Assembly (NCBI GenBank): GCA_964493715.1
Contig: CAZBPC010000009.1
Span: forward strand, 1-51,181
Length of the DNA: 51,181 nucleotides
From: an uncultured archaeon
GTDB lineage: Archaea > Asgardarchaeota > Lokiarchaeia > Sigyniarchaeales > SOKP01
Direction of reading: 5' to 3'
Part shown: positions 46,682 to 51,181 of the stretch, piece by piece
How the letters are laid out: every line of letters starts with the position of its first letter
Position numbering within the stretch: position 1 is the stretch's first letter
Notes under the pieces: generated by a model
The model's database searches: none
The model's input: only the letters and a program-made list of their open reading frames with translations
Told to the model about the DNA's origin: nothing
Translations under genes and position numbers: made by a program

Positions 46682-49654
46682 ATGCTGAATTTAAAATTAA
46701 TTTTCAAATATGCTTTCAAGGATCTAGGACGCCAAAAAATAAGATCAATACTTGGGATTATGGGTGTTCTTTTTTCAATTACGCTCTTAGCAATAGTTCT
46801 ATTTTTATCAGATAGCATCTCAGTGACCTTCGCTCAATATTTATCAATTGATGCGGGTAATCAAGATATGTTAATAACCGTACGACATTACAATGGAGAA
46901 CCAAGTAATCGTTCGAATTATTTTGAGTTTAATCCCTTAGTTAATAAAATTGATCAAAATTTTCCTGAAATTGAGGGGTTTATTCCTAGAATGGAATTAT
47001 ATGGTAACGTTTATGTTTCTCAGGGATTTGAAACCCAAGAATTGACAAGTGAAAGGGTGACTGCGTTTATTTCTGGAATTAATTTTAGTTTGGAAAGATC
47101 ATTAGGTTTCGGTGCATTTGTTGAACCAGATAGTAATAAGCTTCTAGAGCTAAATGAATTATCTAATAACCAATGTGCTATTTTCTACAAATTTAATGAA
47201 GATATTAAATATGCAGAAAATGACACGATTGAAATAGCAATGAGATTACAATATGGAAATATAACTCTTTATAATACACAGAATTTCACGGTTGCTAAAA
47301 TTTTTGACTTCCAGCAGAAATGGCCTATTAGATATGCAGATAGACCATTAATCGTTGTTAATATTAACACGATTTATGATTTATTTGGACAAACGATTTT
47401 TAATGGAAAATGCAATAATTTAATCTTAACAATTAAAAATGCGGGAAATTTTTATGATGTAAGAGATCTTAAGGGAACTGAAAACAAGATAAAAGATCTC
47501 GCCGGAAAAATTCAGATCGATATAGGAATTAATGAGTATTTCATAGATTTGCCAAAATTAGAAGTTTTAGGATTTTCACAATGGTTAAGCGTTGGTATAA
47601 CTATCATATTCGTTTTTGTATCAATGATTGCGATGCTAATATCTGGAGTGCTCATTAATGGTATTTTAAAAACTTCTGTGGAAGAAAGAATACGCGAATT
47701 TGGAATTTTCCGAACTCTTGGTGCTACTAAAAACCATAACCTTATGATAGTTTTAGTTCAAGGATTCCTATTGTGCAATTTTGGGACAATTTTTGGGATT
47801 ATATTAGCCCAATTAACAACACAATTTATAATTTTACCTTTTGCGGAAGTAATTCTAACAGGAACAATTCCAGGTTTAGCGGGGAATATAACCTACTCAA
47901 TTACGTTAACTTCAATTCTCCTTTCATATTTAATAGGGATAGGTGTGGGTTTAATCGTAAGCATTTCTCCCGCGATTAAAGTAATGAAACTTCAATTAAT
48001 AGAATCAATTCATCCTTACAGACATGAAGACACACTATATCATCTTCAAAAAAGGGCTTCAGTTAATTATAAACTCATCCTTGTCGGATTAATTTTAGCG
48101 TTAAACGGTCTCTTTATAATAATTGTGTTACCTCGTATTATGATTTCAAACGATCTTGCATTAATGGCAGGAATTCTCATTGCATTACTGATCTTATTTC
48201 TAATTGGAACTACACTTGCCGGATTAGGATTGATGCCCGTTATACTTCATTTTTTTATTCAAGTATTTAGGTTAATCTCCAGAAAATTATCTCCGATTTA
48301 TAAAATATTCGTGTTTCGTTATGCACGAAGGAATTCAAGCACAATATTAATCTTTGCATTTACATTTTCTTTTGTCATTTTCGTTTCTGGAGCATTTACA
48401 TTCCTTTCTGATCAAGGAAAAATAGAAACAACCTTGAATTTAGGTTCTGATTTGGTTATTGAAACGACTGGATGGTATGACCGAGAACAAATAGAAGCTG
48501 GAGAGGGTTTCGGTCTCTCTAGCGAACCTATTAAGTTACAAGCTGATGACTTTTCTGTTAATCCGAATAGAATTCTAACAAGTGAATTTGAAATGAACTT
48601 ATTACAAATTGAGGGAATAGAGAAAATATCAACTATAATTGCCAGTCCTTTTCATTTAACTCAAATATACTCTGATGAGGGAAACGAATTTTCTGCAGAA
48701 ATTGGGGATTACGCAGGATTAACTACAATAGAAGTTTCTCTAATTGCTGTCGATGAAGAGTATCCATCAACCATAGATACGAATTATATTGAATTTACAG
48801 GGGGGAATCTTATTGATTCATTTAACAATCTCTTTACTCAAGAGACTCCTTACACGTGCATAATATCAGAGGCTATATCTGTTAATTTAAATCTTTACTT
48901 AGGAAATTTAATCAGAATTGTAGTTTATAGGGGAGATGAATCTGAAATTTATCCTTTTAGGATTGTTGGAATCGCCGCAGCAATGCCTGGTTTTTCTTCT
49001 GAATTTAGTAGATCAAGTGGTTCTGCTCTCAGAGGAGGTGTAATGATTGCCCATCAAACATACATGACTTTAATGGATATTCCACCTATTCCCTACTTGG
49101 ATAAAATCTTTATAAAACTTACTGAAATTGGACTGAATGCCCCTCAAACAATTGAAACTTTTATTTGGGATAATTATAAAAGTGCATTTGATTTTGAATT
49201 GCAAAATCTCCAAAATTCAATAAATCAAGAACAATCATATTTTTCGATATTAGATATATTTTTTAGCATAACTCTTGATGCTACTATTGTAATTTGTTTA
49301 TTTGGTTTAATATCTTCATCCTACTCGTCAATTATTGAGAGAAAAAAGGATATTGGTATTATTAGAACTTTAGGTTTAAAAGGTAGACAGATAAATCGCC
49401 TTTTTACTATAGAAGCTCTCATCATTATGTACAGTAGTGGATCCGTAGGGGTACTTATTGGGTATTTAACAGGATTGTTATTAGCTTCATCTTTAAATCA
49501 AATGGGTGATTTACCCACCCCTACAAATTTTCCATTTTCAGATGCTATAGCGGTATTTTCAATATCAACCATATTTATATTAATAGGCATGGTATTCTTG
49601 TTGAGAAAAATCCGCAAGAAAAAAATTATTGAAATTTATAGAGAAACAATGTGA
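46682..49654 (+). CDS. FtsX/MacB-type ABC permease with two permease repeats
   Basis: ERIREFGIFRTLG and ERKKDIGIIRTLG, two large extracytoplasmic domains. Confidence 0.93.
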   Translation: MLNLKLIFKYAFKDLGRQKIRSILGIMGVLFSITLLAIVLFLSDSISVTFAQYLSIDAGNQDMLITVRHYNGEPSNRSNYFEFNPLVNKIDQNFPEIEGFIPRMELYGNVYVSQGFETQELTSERVTAFISGINFSLERSLGFGAFVEPDSNKLLELNELSNNQCAIFYKFNEDIKYAENDTIEIAMRLQYGNITLYNTQNFTVAKIFDFQQKWPIRYADRPLIVVNINTIYDLFGQTIFNGKCNNLILTIKNAGNFYDVRDLKGTENKIKDLAGKIQIDIGINEYFIDLPKLEVLGFSQWLSVGITIIFVFVSMIAMLISGVLINGILKTSVEERIREFGIFRTLGATKNHNLMIVLVQGFLLCNFGTIFGIILAQLTTQFIILPFAEVILTGTIPGLAGNITYSITLTSILLSYLIGIGVGLIVSISPAIKVMKLQLIESIHPYRHEDTLYHLQKRASVNYKLILVGLILALNGLFIIIVLPRIMISNDLALMAGILIALLILFLIGTTLAGLGLMPVILHFFIQVFRLISRKLSPIYKIFVFRYARRNSSTILIFAFTFSFVIFVSGAFTFLSDQGKIETTLNLGSDLVIETTGWYDREQIEAGEGFGLSSEPIKLQADDFSVNPNRILTSEFEMNLLQIEGIEKISTIIASPFHLTQIYSDEGNEFSAEIGDYAGLTTIEVSLIAVDEEYPSTIDTNYIEFTGGNLIDSFNNLFTQETPYTCIISEAISVNLNLYLGNLIRIVVYRGDESEIYPFRIVGIAAAMPGFSSEFSRSSGSALRGGVMIAHQTYMTLMDIPPIPYLDKIFIKLTEIGLNAPQTIETFIWDNYKSAFDFELQNLQNSINQEQSYFSILDIFFSITLDATIVICLFGLISSSYSSIIERKKDIGIIRTLGLKGRQINRLFTIEALIIMYSSGSVGVLIGYLTGLLLASSLNQMGDLPTPTNFPFSDAIAVFSISTIFILIGMVFLLRKIRKKKIIEIYRETM

Positions 49655-49670
49655 GAGGAGTGAAATTCTA

Positions 49671-51181
49671 ATGAAATCATGGAAAATAGGATTATTTTTT
49701 TTCATTTATATTTGTTTAAACATCCCTCTTAGTATTAATTTTTATAATCCAATCACAAATAAATCGCAGGATGTAGTAAAGGAAGATATAGAAGAGTTGA
49801 AATCATCTGATATTGCAGGAACAGATTTATATTCTGAAAATATTGATGTCTATGTAGCAGGGAATAAGTCTATTATAAAACAATCTCTTTTTACTAATGA
49901 TACAAGCATATTATCTCAATTTGATACAAGAGATCCCGCTTTCTATAAGTGTAATGTGCTCATTAGTGCATCAAATGGCATTATACCCGCTATTTTTCCT
50001 AGAGTGCTAACTGAAGAAGGATTTAGTGAACAATATGCAATGAGTTTTAATGGATTTTCAGGATTTTTGTATTATGATCAAAATTTAAGTAAAAATGATG
50101 CAGATATTAGAGCTGAAAGAGCTCTTGAAATCATCAGAAGAAAATTTCAAATGGATCTCATTCTTGTGAATGTAACCGAACCAAATTATTATCCTTTTAT
50201 AGGGCACGTTCCCGATTGGAAAGTGTATATTAATGAAATCATGTTAAATCTTCCAAAAGATGGATATTGGAATGCTTTTGATGTTGATCGGATAACATCA
50301 AACGAATATAATCAGAATCATCACCTTTCATCAACTTATTTTTTAATAAATTCTCTTGATATTCTTGATAGAGATATTTATAATCTGACAAGCCAAATTA
50401 ATTTCAATTTAGAATCATTAGATCTAAGTTATTTAGAAAATCTTGAAATAGAAAATATATTCGATATGTTTTCAGGTTTGAACGAAACCCTAGGGATTGA
50501 TACGAACCAAACTGGCTTTGCAGGTTTTTCCGATTTATTTAGTAGTCTTTCTTTTTCAAATGATTCTCACTATACAAGCCTAATGATCCAATATGAAGGA
50601 TGTGATAATGCAGTTCAGAAAATAGGAAAGGATGAATATTCTTTTAATCTATGGGACGCTATGGGATATGAAGGTGATGAGTTAAAACCTAGTAAGAAAA
50701 TTTTTATCGCGTTAATCGGAGCTTTTATGAGTAATATTGACGTGTCAATTTTAGGTTCTGATATCATCGATACGACTCCAAATTATTTTGAATTGTCTGA
50801 TTTTTTATTAGAACAACTTGGTTTGTTATCATATTATGCTGATGTAAACATTGATTTCCAAGCACTCCAAAATTATTCATTTGATTTATTATGGGTAGAT
50901 TCTGGAGGAATAAAAAAAAGTTATGTTTTACCAATAAATTTAAACAATTCCTTGGATTATATTAATTTTCTTCCTCAGCTAGGTTTCCAAGGTATTTCCG
51001 GAATTATGACAGGATTATTTAATCCTCTTTCTGACCTTATTATAGATTATAAAATTTCAAATTCTGAACCAAATTTGATGGTAACTAAAGATTTAGTTAA
51101 CCAAAATGCTTCATATGGGATATATAATAATTATGATTTTAATATAACTATAGAGAATGTAGGTAATGAGACAGCTTGGGG
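49671..51181 (+). CDS. Large secreted/cell-surface protein, partial (runs off the window)
   Basis: SD GAGGAG; MKSWKIGLFFFIYICLNIPL signal-like N-terminus; about 503 open codons; many NxS/T sequons; ends NITIENVGNETAW. Confidence 0.85.
   Translation, partial: MKSWKIGLFFFIYICLNIPLSINFYNPITNKSQDVVKEDIEELKSSDIAGTDLYSENIDVYVAGNKSIIKQSLFTNDTSILSQFDTRDPAFYKCNVLISASNGIIPAIFPRVLTEEGFSEQYAMSFNGFSGFLYYDQNLSKNDADIRAERALEIIRRKFQMDLILVNVTEPNYYPFIGHVPDWKVYINEIMLNLPKDGYWNAFDVDRITSNEYNQNHHLSSTYFLINSLDILDRDIYNLTSQINFNLESLDLSYLENLEIENIFDMFSGLNETLGIDTNQTGFAGFSDLFSSLSFSNDSHYTSLMIQYEGCDNAVQKIGKDEYSFNLWDAMGYEGDELKPSKKIFIALIGAFMSNIDVSILGSDIIDTTPNYFELSDFLLEQLGLLSYYADVNIDFQALQNYSFDLLWVDSGGIKKSYVLPINLNNSLDYINFLPQLGFQGISGIMTGLFNPLSDLIIDYKISNSEPNLMVTKDLVNQNASYGIYNNYDFNITIENVGNETAW

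Noticed and set aside
1-51181. tRNA, rRNA, transposases, prophage or defence systems
   Set aside because: No cloverleaf or GC-rich structured block and no recognisable motifs seen by eye; a covariance-model search was not possible

Overview
AT-rich (roughly 30% GC by eye), gene-dense archaeal chromosome segment. It is most likely an Asgard archaeon (Lokiarchaeia-like); this is an inference from GGTGA-type Shine-Dalgarno motifs, IorAB, ADP-forming acyl-CoA synthetases, a TFS/RpoM-like zinc ribbon, SDS22-type LRR and SCP2 proteins and multi-TM orphan proteins. Anaerobic acyl-CoA and lipid catabolism dominates: a split CoA-transferase-fold enzyme, a split B12 acyl-CoA mutase with MeaB, an AbfD-like dehydratase, acyl-CoA dehydrogenase-EtfBA, an SDR, IorBA-Acd, tandem CCG Fe-S proteins, three alpha/beta hydrolases, three glycerophosphodiester phosphodiesterases (GDPD) and SCP2. 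Also present are a MoxR-type AAA+/vWA pair, RNase III, and a LolD/FtsX-type ABC system followed by a large secreted protein cut by the window end. Main observations: (1) at least three genes have conserved N-termini with no in-frame ATG/GTG/TTG; (2) the mutase and the CoA-transferase have non-canonical active-site residues; (3) a TFS-like protein lacks the catalytic C-ribbon; (4) the ABC ATPase has extra N- and C-terminal domains; (5) an MFS pseudogene is missing from the ORF track. No rRNA, tRNA, CRISPR or transposase was recognised. All homology calls are from motifs recognised by eye, and reference residue numbers are from memory.
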